Source: Candidatus Limnocylindrales bacterium (GTDB taxonomy: Bacteria > Moduliflexota > Moduliflexia > Moduliflexales > JAUQPW01). From it: a stretch of DNA of 44,746 nt. The DNA is taken from contig DATMBG010000036.1 in assembly GCA_035559535.1 (NCBI GenBank), positions 124,001 through 168,746 of the forward strand. Direction: 5' to 3'. Position 1 is the stretch's first letter, and every line of letters begins with the position of its first letter. Both the position numbers and the translations under genes were made by a program. This document shows positions 27,492-35,813 of the stretch, in pieces. The notes beneath the pieces are model-generated. The model made no database searches. It saw only the letters and a list, made by a program, of their open reading frames with translations, and was not told the DNA's origin.

Positions 27492-27492
27492 C

Positions 27493-30400
27493 TTACTTGG
27501 ATTCCAACTCCGCAATCAACTTCTTAGCTTCTTCCTTCTCCGGGAAATCCTGAGATAAACTCAGGGATTTTTTCAGCATCTGAAGGGCCTCGTCTTTTTT
27601 TCCCAGTTTGGAATAGGCCAACCCCAGGTGGTAATGAATGGTTGGGTGTTGGGGAGAAAGCTGAACGGCTTCTGCCAAAACTTTAGCCGCTTCCTCGTAA
27701 TTCCCTTTCTGGTAATAAATCCATCCCAGAGTATCAGCCACATCTCCCGATTTCGGTGCCAGGGTCCTGGCCTTTTGGGCAAAACGAAGGGCTTCATCAA
27801 TATTCTGTTTACTTTCGGCATATAACCAGGCCAGATTATTCAGAGCCGGGACCGAATTGGGGTCTATACCCAGTGCTCGAGAATAGGCTTCAATGGCTCG
27901 ATCCCTGTTTTTAGCTTTTTCATGGGCCTGACCCAGGGCCACATAAGCCGCTGCATACTTTGGATTCAATTCGATCACCTTCTCAAACTGTGGGATGGCC
28001 TGGGCGGTATCATTCTGTTCCATGTAGATACCACCTAAATTAAAATATGCTGCCGCTGCCTTAGGGTCGAGCTCAATGGCCTTTTTAAAATTTGAGGCCG
28101 CTTTGGTATAATCTTTCTGTTGACGATAAACCTCTCCCAGGAGGTTATAACCGATGGGATTTTTTGGATCCATGGAGATAACATCTTGAGCAGTCTGAGT
28201 AGCTTTTGCTATATTATTTTGAGATAAATAAGCACGAATCAAGAGTACCTTCGTTTCGAGCTGCTTGGGATCTTTTTTCAGGGATTCTTCCAATTCTTTT
28301 ACGGCCTGATCGTATTTTTTGAGGGCCAGATAGGCGGAAGCCAGTAGATTGTAGCCTATACTAGATTCCGGGATCCGCCTCTTCAGATCTTCAAAAGCTA
28401 CGGCCGCACTTTCATAATCCCCCTTTGCAGCGTACGAGCGTCCTAACATCTCGTACACCGGAGGTTGATCCGGATAAAGTTTAACGGCTTCCCGTGCTGT
28501 TTTAACAGCTTCATCCACATCTCCCTTCCGAAGATAAGCCTGAATCAGAAGGATATAACTCTGTAAGGATTTGCCTTCTTGAGCTGCCGCTCGATATTGC
28601 TGGATAGCCTCATCACTTTTACCTTCTGTTTCTTTGAGCTTTCCCAACTCCACCCGGGCCAGGGTCTGGGTAACCTCGGAGCCTTTCCCCAATAGATCTT
28701 CATATTGTTTGGCGGCTTTGTCTGTTTCTTTCAGGGTTACATAAAGACGGGCTAAATTAAGTTGGACTTCGGTGGAATCAGGGTTAACTTCCAGAACCTT
28801 TTCAAAGGCTTGCTGGGCGGATGCAAAATCCTTTGAAAGGATATAAGCCATTCCCAGCAAATTTAAAAGACTCACATCTTCCGGCTTATCTTTAAGCTCC
28901 TCCTGAGCTTTTTTAATTGCCTCTTCATACTTCTGCTGGGCCAGCAATAATTGAAGGGCAATTAAGGGTTGGTTGGGATTCAGCTCCAGAGATTTTTTAT
29001 AAGCCGATATGGCTTCATCCCGCCTGCCTAACCGCAGATAAGTTTCTCCCAGGCGGTTATACCCCACAGGAAGCTCGGGCAGCAAACGAACCATTTCGTT
29101 AAATTCGGCAAGGGCACGGGGGTAGTCTTGCTGAAGGGCATAAGCCAGCCCCAGAATTTCATGGGCCCCGGGGGGTGGCGAAACTGGATGCATGTTGATC
29201 ACTTCTTGGGCCGCCCGCATTGCCTCCTCTAAACGACCTTTCTTCAGATAGAGTTGTCCTAATAACAATAAAACTCCTTCTGATTTATTTTTCTGAACGG
29301 CGGCTTCATATTTTTTCAAGGCGTCTTCCCATTTTCCTTTTTCTTCCAGAAGTTGCCCTAAGGCAACAAGGGCAAACTGGTTAGAAGGATCCTGGTCCAG
29401 GATTTGCTGATATTGCTCGAGAGCTTTTTCCTTTTCTCCATTCCGAATGTAAACATTAGCCAGATTCAATCGGGCGGAAACGAACTGGGGGCTGATCTCT
29501 AGGGCTTTTTCAAATTGCTCTTTGGCCTGTCCTAACTCGTTTTTTCCTAAATAAGAAAGACCCTTCAAGTTAAACAGAACTACATTTTTGGGATCTATCC
29601 GGAGGCCGTTTTCACACTCAACCAGGGCTTTATCAAAAGCTTTCTGATCCAGGTAGGCCAGGATCAAGGCAATCCGAGTTCCGGTTTGATCCGGATCGAT
29701 TTTTAAAGCCGATTGATACTGTTGGACGGCTTCTTCCGGCTTGCCGGTTCGAAGATAATACGTTCCCAGGTTGGTGTAGGTGGTAACCAGATTCGGATCG
29801 ATTTCCCGGGCTTTATTAAACTGCTGCAGGCTTTTATCAAATTGTCCTTTACCCAAATAAGCCCTTCCAAGAAGATTATAGGCCATGGCATTGGAAGGTT
29901 CCAATTTGACCAGTTCTTCTCCGTGTCGAATGGCCTCATCAAACCAATTGTTCTCCAGGTTAAGAACGGTGAGTAGAAAACGCGCAGATGTGACCTTGGG
30001 ATTTAAACTGAGAACCTGCTCCATCTCTTCAATGGCCTGTTGGGGGTTACCTTTGGCATAATGGGCAAAACCCAGAAAATAATGCGCACCAATATGTTTG
30101 GAATTAATCTTTAAAGCTTGCTGTAATTCTGGAACTGCCGCATCCACTTTGCCCTGCTGGGTAAGAACCGCTCCCTTGAAATAATACCCCTCTGCGGAGG
30201 CGGGGTAGAGTTTTTTCAATTGCTCACTGAGTCGAAGAACCTCTTCATAATTTTTTTGATCCAGGTAAATACCTGCCAGCTTAACCCGGGCAGAGAATTG
30301 TTGAAAATCCAACTGCAAAACCTGCTTATACCTGGCTATCGCCTCGTCAAACTGCTTTTGCTGTAAATAAAGATCTCCCAGGGCGTATAACCCTTGTAGA

Positions 30401-31032
30401 TCCTTATCCTCGATTTTTAAAGCTTCTTCAAATTCTTGTTTTGCTTTTTCTAGATTATTGTCTATGGCATAAATTCGACCCAGATTAACATGGGCCGAGA
30501 CGAGTTGAGGGTTCAACTGGAGGGCTTTCTCAAAATAGGCTTTGGCTGATTTAAAATCCTCTCTCCCTGCCGAGATGATTCCGAGAACATCTAAAGCTTC
30601 TGCATTTTCTTTTTGAGAATCCTTGCTGAGAATCTTCTCGGCTTTTTCATAATCTCCCTGAAGAGCATAGGCTCTGGCCAGATAAATCGAGGCCTCCTCT
30701 GATGATAGGCCCGATTCCAGGGACTTCTCTATCTCCTGAACAGCCGTCCCGGCATCCCCCTTTTTTAAATAGACTTTTCCGAGTTGATAACGGGCTTCGG
30801 CATATTTAGGGTCTATCTTAACCGCATTCTTAAACTCGATAACGGCGGTATTCAAATCCTTTTTAGTCAGGTAATCTATACCTTTCTGATAATGCTCTCG
30901 TTTTTTAACCTCGGGATCTCCTGTACAGCCTATCAGTAATACCTTACAAAGAAGCAGAATAACAAAACTTTTCGGTAAATCCGGGATCCCGCGGAGGTAC
31001 CCAGAGTCCCTTACTTTTTCGTCCAAAATCAT
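27493..31032 (-). CDS. prsT: PEP-CTERM system TPR-repeat lipoprotein, PrsT-like
   Basis: Lipobox LLIGC, AVIEFKNAVKIDP, continuous TPRs, C-terminal LNNLAWLY...DTLGWIYY...YHLG; AGGAG RBS before ATG 31032. Confidence 0.8.
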   Translation of the reverse strand: MILDEKVRDSGYLRGIPDLPKSFVILLLCKVLLIGCTGDPEVKKREHYQKGIDYLTKKDLNTAVIEFKNAVKIDPKYAEARYQLGKVYLKKGDAGTAVQEIEKSLESGLSSEEASIYLARAYALQGDYEKAEKILSKDSQKENAEALDVLGIISAGREDFKSAKAYFEKALQLNPQLVSAHVNLGRIYAIDNNLEKAKQEFEEALKIEDKDLQGLYALGDLYLQQKQFDEAIARYKQVLQLDFQQFSARVKLAGIYLDQKNYEEVLRLSEQLKKLYPASAEGYYFKGAVLTQQGKVDAAVPELQQALKINSKHIGAHYFLGFAHYAKGNPQQAIEEMEQVLSLNPKVTSARFLLTVLNLENNWFDEAIRHGEELVKLEPSNAMAYNLLGRAYLGKGQFDKSLQQFNKAREIDPNLVTTYTNLGTYYLRTGKPEEAVQQYQSALKIDPDQTGTRIALILAYLDQKAFDKALVECENGLRIDPKNVVLFNLKGLSYLGKNELGQAKEQFEKALEISPQFVSARLNLANVYIRNGEKEKALEQYQQILDQDPSNQFALVALGQLLEEKGKWEDALKKYEAAVQKNKSEGVLLLLGQLYLKKGRLEEAMRAAQEVINMHPVSPPPGAHEILGLAYALQQDYPRALAEFNEMVRLLPELPVGYNRLGETYLRLGRRDEAISAYKKSLELNPNQPLIALQLLLAQQKYEEAIKKAQEELKDKPEDVSLLNLLGMAYILSKDFASAQQAFEKVLEVNPDSTEVQLNLARLYVTLKETDKAAKQYEDLLGKGSEVTQTLARVELGKLKETEGKSDEAIQQYRAAAQEGKSLQSYILLIQAYLRKGDVDEAVKTAREAVKLYPDQPPVYEMLGRSYAAKGDYESAAVAFEDLKRRIPESSIGYNLLASAYLALKKYDQAVKELEESLKKDPKQLETKVLLIRAYLSQNNIAKATQTAQDVISMDPKNPIGYNLLGEVYRQQKDYTKAASNFKKAIELDPKAAAAYFNLGGIYMEQNDTAQAIPQFEKVIELNPKYAAAYVALGQAHEKAKNRDRAIEAYSRALGIDPNSVPALNNLAWLYAESKQNIDEALRFAQKARTLAPKSGDVADTLGWIYYQKGNYEEAAKVLAEAVQLSPQHPTIHYHLGLAYSKLGKKDEALQMLKKSLSLSQDFPEKEEAKKLIAELESK

Positions 31033-31198
31033 AATAAACTCCTTCCGAATGGGAAGATCTGTCCGATCCTCAGGCAAATCCTGACCTTCCCCGGTTAATT
31101 GATTTGATGGAAGATGAATGTAAAATTTTATATTAAAATAACCAGGATTCGGGTCGGAAACAAGTTCTATTTCTTCTGGCTTTATCCAGTCGTTCAGA

Positions 31199-31467
31199 TG
31201 TAAAAGATATCGACGCTTAAAAGACGGGAATTTTTACCTGAAAAAGGCTTTTGGTAGAATAAACCCTTTTTTTTTAAAAGCTTATCCAGAAAAGGCTAAA
31301 ATTAAGGGCTCTAAAAAAAATGTAAAGAAACTCGACAACCCTCCCAAGTTACTTTTGTAAAAGATTTCCTGAAAAGCCCGAACTATTTCCTTTTTTAAGG
31401 TTTAATCTGAGATTAATAAAAAGGAGAACATAAAAAGGCGTCCAAAAATTTGTAAAAAAAATCGACG
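31199..31467 (+). promoter_or_regulatory. Three PrsR-type enhancer boxes
   Basis: TGTAAAAGATATCGACG (31199-31215), TGTAAAGAAACTCGACA (31321-31337), TGTAAAAAAAATCGACG (31451-31467). Confidence 0.7.
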
Positions 31468-31702
31468 ATGGGGATTTTAAAAGAAATAGCTTTTTCTGAA
31501 TCTTAAAAGTAAGAAGCGAGAGGTGAAATTCCAGATCTATAAGGGTTTGGAACGAATAAGATACGAATTGAGACCCCCGGTTCCCGGCGGATCCCCTTTC
31601 TGAAGATTCCTTGGGGTTATACTGCTTCAAAGTCTTAAATTTTATAGACCTGTCGGAGAATCCCATGGTATTTCCTCTACTTATCTCCATAAAGTTTGCT
31701 CC

Positions 31703-31718
31703 TGGCATATGAGATGCA
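31703..31718 (+). promoter_or_regulatory. Sigma-54 promoter of the PEP-CTERM gene
   Basis: TGGCATATGAGATGCA = GG-N10-GC, about 100 bp upstream of ATG 31822. Confidence 0.75.
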
Positions 31719-31821
31719 TAATACATAATAGCAGTTAGTAAGACGAACTAAATTAACAGGCAGTCCTTCACACAAGAAGAAAAATAAATCTTCGTTGAGA
31801 TCTAGTGAGGAGGAATAACCC

Positions 31822-32538
31822 ATGAGAAATTTCATGAAAGTACCCATTTTAACAGAACGATTTTTCTTAGGAATTATTGGTCTTGGTTTGGTTTTAAGTT
31901 TGCTGGTTTTTGCAACCCCCGTACAGGCTACCACGCTTGATTTTAATATCGCACCTCCCACGCCGGGGACTATCTCCTATGGTGGTGGTTCGAGTTCCCT
32001 GGTGGGAACAGGGATTGAGGTAGACACCATAACGGGTTTAGGGACTCCGGCGAATAACAACGTCACGGTCACCTGTGTAAGTTGTACCCTGACTTTCACA
32101 ACCGGTTCATCTACCGGTCCTTTGACCTGGAGTGGTGGGACTATTACGGTCACAGGAGGTGTGGATTTCAATGGTGGAGGTATTGGTCCAGGAGATATTC
32201 CTACCGGGACCACACTATTAACAGGAACGTTTCAAACTGTCTCTGTAATCCCGTTTCCAGGAGGTTTCAATATTGCTGCTTCTGGATTTACGGATACGAA
32301 AGATCCTACCTTAACGGGTTTTTATGGTTTGGATCCCAGTATTCCGTTCTATAGTGGAAATTTCAACATTAGTTTTAATACCTTATCTACGGTAACACCG
32401 GGTAATGCCTTTACCAGTACCCAGGTTCTCAGTGGCGATATTACCAACATTCCGGTTCCTGAACCGGGTTCGTTGCTCCTTCTAGGTTCTGGTTTAGCAG
32501 GTTTTGGAGCCTGGAGATTGAAAAGATCTAAGAAATAG
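31822..32538 (+). CDS. PEP-CTERM sorting domain protein, Thr/Gly/Ser-rich
   Basis: N-terminal signal peptide (ATPVQA), C-terminal VPEPGSLLLLGSGLAGFGAWRLKRSKK; GAGGAGG RBS. Confidence 0.95.
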   Translation: MRNFMKVPILTERFFLGIIGLGLVLSLLVFATPVQATTLDFNIAPPTPGTISYGGGSSSLVGTGIEVDTITGLGTPANNNVTVTCVSCTLTFTTGSSTGPLTWSGGTITVTGGVDFNGGGIGPGDIPTGTTLLTGTFQTVSVIPFPGGFNIAASGFTDTKDPTLTGFYGLDPSIPFYSGNFNISFNTLSTVTPGNAFTSTQVLSGDITNIPVPEPGSLLLLGSGLAGFGAWRLKRSKK

Positions 32539-32542
32539 AAGG

Positions 32543-32601
32543 TTAAAAAGATAAAGGGTCGATAGAGATTCTGAATTTCTATCGGCCCTTTATCTTTTTA
32601 A
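32543..32601 (+). terminator. Intrinsic terminator, probably bidirectional
   Basis: aaaaagataaagggtcgataga / tctatcggccctttatcttttt long stem directly after the stop codon. Confidence 0.8.
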
Positions 32602-32612
32602 ATCTTACCTTA

Positions 32613-33590
32613 GGCCCTCCCCCTCGGCCCCTTCCCCACGCTGTGGGAGATAGGAACAGGCCGCTCCCACCCCTACACCCTTCGCCCATAGCATGCTTCG
32701 CTTTACCCCTATCTTTTTAATTCAGAACTTCATTCGGTTTAAAGCCCTGAAAGGGCGTCTTCCTATACCTGGAGCATCGGCCCATGACATGAAGTTAAAA
32801 CTACATAGCACAACCCAAGGGTTTTGAGCTCCGTTAGCAGCGTTCAGTTTATAGCCCAACGTAACCTCTTTCAAACTCCCCAAGCTCTGTCCAGAGCGGT
32901 CTGTGAAACAGGACGCCCCTCCCCCATCCTGACCCTCCCCGTTCACGGGGCTAACCATTACCCATATTTTTTCATTTCGAGGGATTGATAGCGGGCTCAG
33001 CTAGCCTGTTGGTTGAATAGCAAATATTGTCAACCGGGACGGTTGGCCTGCCCTTTGCGTATTCGGGGTCATTGAAAGGTATGGTAGGCCAAGCGTCTCG
33101 CTTGTCCTGGTCAACCGGGACGGTTAACCTACCCCTATTGTCAACCGGGACGGTTAACCTACCGGACTAACCGTTTTGAGCCCCATCCCCCCAAATCAAA
33201 AAATGTGGGTAAAGATAAGGTTCACGGGGAGGGAGAGGGAGCTTTTAGGGGTAGGTTTTTTCTAACCTAACCCCCTTCCTGCGCCGGGAAGGGGGAACTT
33301 GGGGATAACCTGAGTCCCAACTCTCCCCTTCTTTACGAGGGAAGGGGAGTCGGAGGGGTTAGGCCCAAAAAACCTGCCCTTGTAAGGGGAGAGAGAGGGT
33401 TGGGAAGGAGAGCAGAACGGTAAGGAATGCGACATTTTTATGTAGAATGGGTATAAGCCTACGACGCGGGAGAGGATGAGTTGGAGGGGAGGGCAGAACC
33501 ATTCTTTCAAAACTGTGGGAGAGGGGAACAGTCTACCTCCACCCTTACACCCCTCTCCCGCAGCGTGGGAGAGGGGTTGGGGGTGAGGGG
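32613..33590. repeat. Cluster of several REP-like palindrome families
   Basis: Ends are mutually inverted (ccctcccc...cccacgctgtgggaga versus tctcccgcagcgtgggagagggg...gtgagggg); internal agccctgaaagggcg-type and cccccttcc...ggaagggg hairpins. Confidence 0.65.
32951..33219. mobile_element. MITE (269 bp) with ~27-bp imperfect TIRs and 10-bp target-site duplication
   Basis: Left ctaaccattacccatattttttcattt versus right reverse complement cttatctttacccacattttttgattt (22/27); gttcacgggg at 32941-32950 and 33220-33229. Confidence 0.8.
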
Positions 33591-33642
33591 GAATTACACA
33601 GAAACTTTACAAGGTAGTAAATGCTGAAAGTAGGCGTATATT

Positions 33643-34518
33643 CTAAAAAAAGCTTTTAGGAACCACAATGAGATCTCCCGGTTGAAGCAGGATATTTTTT
33701 GAAATATCCCCTTTTAAGATATCTTTAACTTTCACTTTAATTTCCTCAACCTTATCCCCCTTCCTTCGAACTACTTTAACCTTATTACCGCTGGCATAGT
33801 CTGTAAGCCCTCCGGCCTGCAGTATAACATCTAAAATTTTTAATCCTTCCCGATAGGGAACGGTTTGAGGGGCTTTGACTTCTCCGACAATCTGAACCGA
33901 GGGCCCTACGACGATAGCTCCGGTAGGACTGCCGGGGATTCCGGGATTTACGGGACCTATGGCAATCGGGGGGATGAAGATGGTGTCATTGGGTTCAACT
34001 ATGATATTTTGGCTCATGTCTCCTTTCATGACCAAAGCATACATATCAACAGGAAGCCTTTGATTGTTTCGGATAATATAAGCATCCTTCAAATTAGCAT
34101 TCTGATCAAGGCCCAATTGAAGCAGGACCCGAAGGAGTGGGGTTGGACCTTGCAGGCTGACAATGGTTGATTTGACGCCTCCCCCCAGAACAGAAATCTT
34201 ATAATTTTTGGCATCCTTTACGATAACCGTTACGTCGGGATATTGGATATACTTTTCGAGTTCTTTAGTCAGATATTCTTTCAGACTACTGGCCGTGAAG
34301 CCGCTGGCCTGAATATCTCCCAAAAGAGGAAACGTGATTTTACCATCGGGACGAATGGTGAAATCCCGGCTCAGGTCCGGGTTACGTCGGACGATCACTT
34401 CAATGATATCTCCCTCTCCAAGGACATATTCATCTGCAGCACAAACCCAAAAATTATCCGAAAAAACAGCCAAGAAGATTGTGGCAAATAAAACAACCAA
34501 TTTGATCCAGTTTTTCAT
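33643..34518 (-). CDS. Polysaccharide biosynthesis/export protein (OPX/Wza family; Poly_export plus SLBB domains)
   Basis: YVLGEGD, IRPDGKITFPLLGDIQASG, VGEVKAP, AGGLTDYA, LQPGDLIVVP. Confidence 0.9.
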   Translation of the reverse strand: MKNWIKLVVLFATIFLAVFSDNFWVCAADEYVLGEGDIIEVIVRRNPDLSRDFTIRPDGKITFPLLGDIQASGFTASSLKEYLTKELEKYIQYPDVTVIVKDAKNYKISVLGGGVKSTIVSLQGPTPLLRVLLQLGLDQNANLKDAYIIRNNQRLPVDMYALVMKGDMSQNIIVEPNDTIFIPPIAIGPVNPGIPGSPTGAIVVGPSVQIVGEVKAPQTVPYREGLKILDVILQAGGLTDYASGNKVKVVRRKGDKVEEIKVKVKDILKGDISKNILLQPGDLIVVPKSFF

Positions 34519-34589
34519 AACAATTACCTTTAGTAAACCAGAAAACCCCTTTTATTTAAAACGGAGGTTTCTGGTCTTTTTATTTAACC

Positions 34590-35813
34590 TCATCTTGATT
34601 TTGAAACCGATTCAAAAACTTCCAGGACCTTCCCGGCTACACCCTGCCAGGTATTTTGACGGGCGTAGGCAACCATCTTTTCGGAATCCCATTCGGTTTT
34701 TAATCCCTGTTCAATCTTTGCAGCAAGGGCTTCCACACTCCGTTCCTCTACGAGAAGCCCGTAATCGGGTGAGCAAATGACCTCGGGAGTGCCCCAGACC
34801 CGTGTGGCGATAACAGGGACCCCACAAGCGAGAGATTCAAAACAAACGTTTGGCCAGCCTTCCCGTGAACTTGCTAAACAGAACAGATCTGCAGCACTGT
34901 ACCAGATACGAAGTTCATCGGGTGGTTTAGGACCGGCAAGCAGAACATGGTTTTCAAGTCCCTGTCGGATAGTCCTTTCCTCAAGATATTTTCTGAAATC
35001 CCCTTCATGGGTATTACCTCCTACGATAACCAGCAAAAGATCTTCCTCTCCTTTTTTGATTAATTCCTTCATGGCATCTATCAGCAAATGAAACCCTTTC
35101 CGTTCACACAGATGCCCTACCGAGAGAATAATTCTCCTATCCAGGGGTAGATTTGCTACCTTTCTTGCTTCCTGCTTATTCACCGGGAAGAATCTAAACA
35201 AATCCACGCCGTTGGGGATAACCGTTATCTTCTCTTTCGGAATACCTAACTGGATAGAGGCTTCCTTAAGGGCCTGGCAGACGGCGATAATCCGGCCTGC
35301 TTTTAACAGGGTTTTTTGAATAAGCCGACGGCGTAGAGGGTACCGGGGCAGGAGATTAATATCACTTCCTCTGATGGTTATGGTATAAGGTTTGTTAAAG
35401 GCACGGGCCAGCAAATAACCTGCGTATCCATCCGGGTACGCATAATGTGCATCGATCAGATCAAAGGGGAAACGGCGTTGTAATTTCTTGATCGTACCAT
35501 AGGCCCCCAGGAAGATCCAGAGTCCGTCAAGTATTTTTCCCACCTCCGGGAAAAGGAAAAAACGGGGATGGCTCACGTGCAGGTTTTCCATCCACTCCTC
35601 CCGTTGGACCTGGGAATAGGGATAGTACTGCTTCATGAAAGGAAAAGGTGGAAACCAGGGGACCGGTGCCACAACCTTTAATTCACACAATTTCGCCACT
35701 TCCTTCATCCGGGCCTTAACAAAAAGCCCATGTAGAGGAAAACAATGATTAGGAAAAAGGGTTGTAAAGGTAAGGATTTTCAAGTTATTTGAACTCATCG
35801 GCGTTGATTCCAT
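34590..35813 (-). CDS. Glycosyltransferase family 4 (TuaC-like)
   Basis: IDAHYAYPDG, RGSDIN, IPNGVD, RKG, REGWPNVCFESLACGVPV. Confidence 0.92.
   Translation of the reverse strand: MESTPMSSNNLKILTFTTLFPNHCFPLHGLFVKARMKEVAKLCELKVVAPVPWFPPFPFMKQYYPYSQVQREEWMENLHVSHPRFFLFPEVGKILDGLWIFLGAYGTIKKLQRRFPFDLIDAHYAYPDGYAGYLLARAFNKPYTITIRGSDINLLPRYPLRRRLIQKTLLKAGRIIAVCQALKEASIQLGIPKEKITVIPNGVDLFRFFPVNKQEARKVANLPLDRRIILSVGHLCERKGFHLLIDAMKELIKKGEEDLLLVIVGGNTHEGDFRKYLEERTIRQGLENHVLLAGPKPPDELRIWYSAADLFCLASSREGWPNVCFESLACGVPVIATRVWGTPEVICSPDYGLLVEERSVEALAAKIEQGLKTEWDSEKMVAYARQNTWQGVAGKVLEVFESVSKSR

Noticed and set aside
31349-31726. 125-aa minus-strand ORF
   Set aside because: No recognisable motif, and it overlaps the enhancer box and sigma-54 promoter in an AT-rich spacer
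33025-33163. Direct repeats as a CRISPR array
   Set aside because: Only three units, irregular spacing (81 and 30 bp), one inverted copy, no spacer-sized unique gaps and no cas genes; better explained as REPs
32722-33510. Short ORFs 32722-32958 and 33262-33510
   Set aside because: Translations of palindromic repeats with no protein-like features
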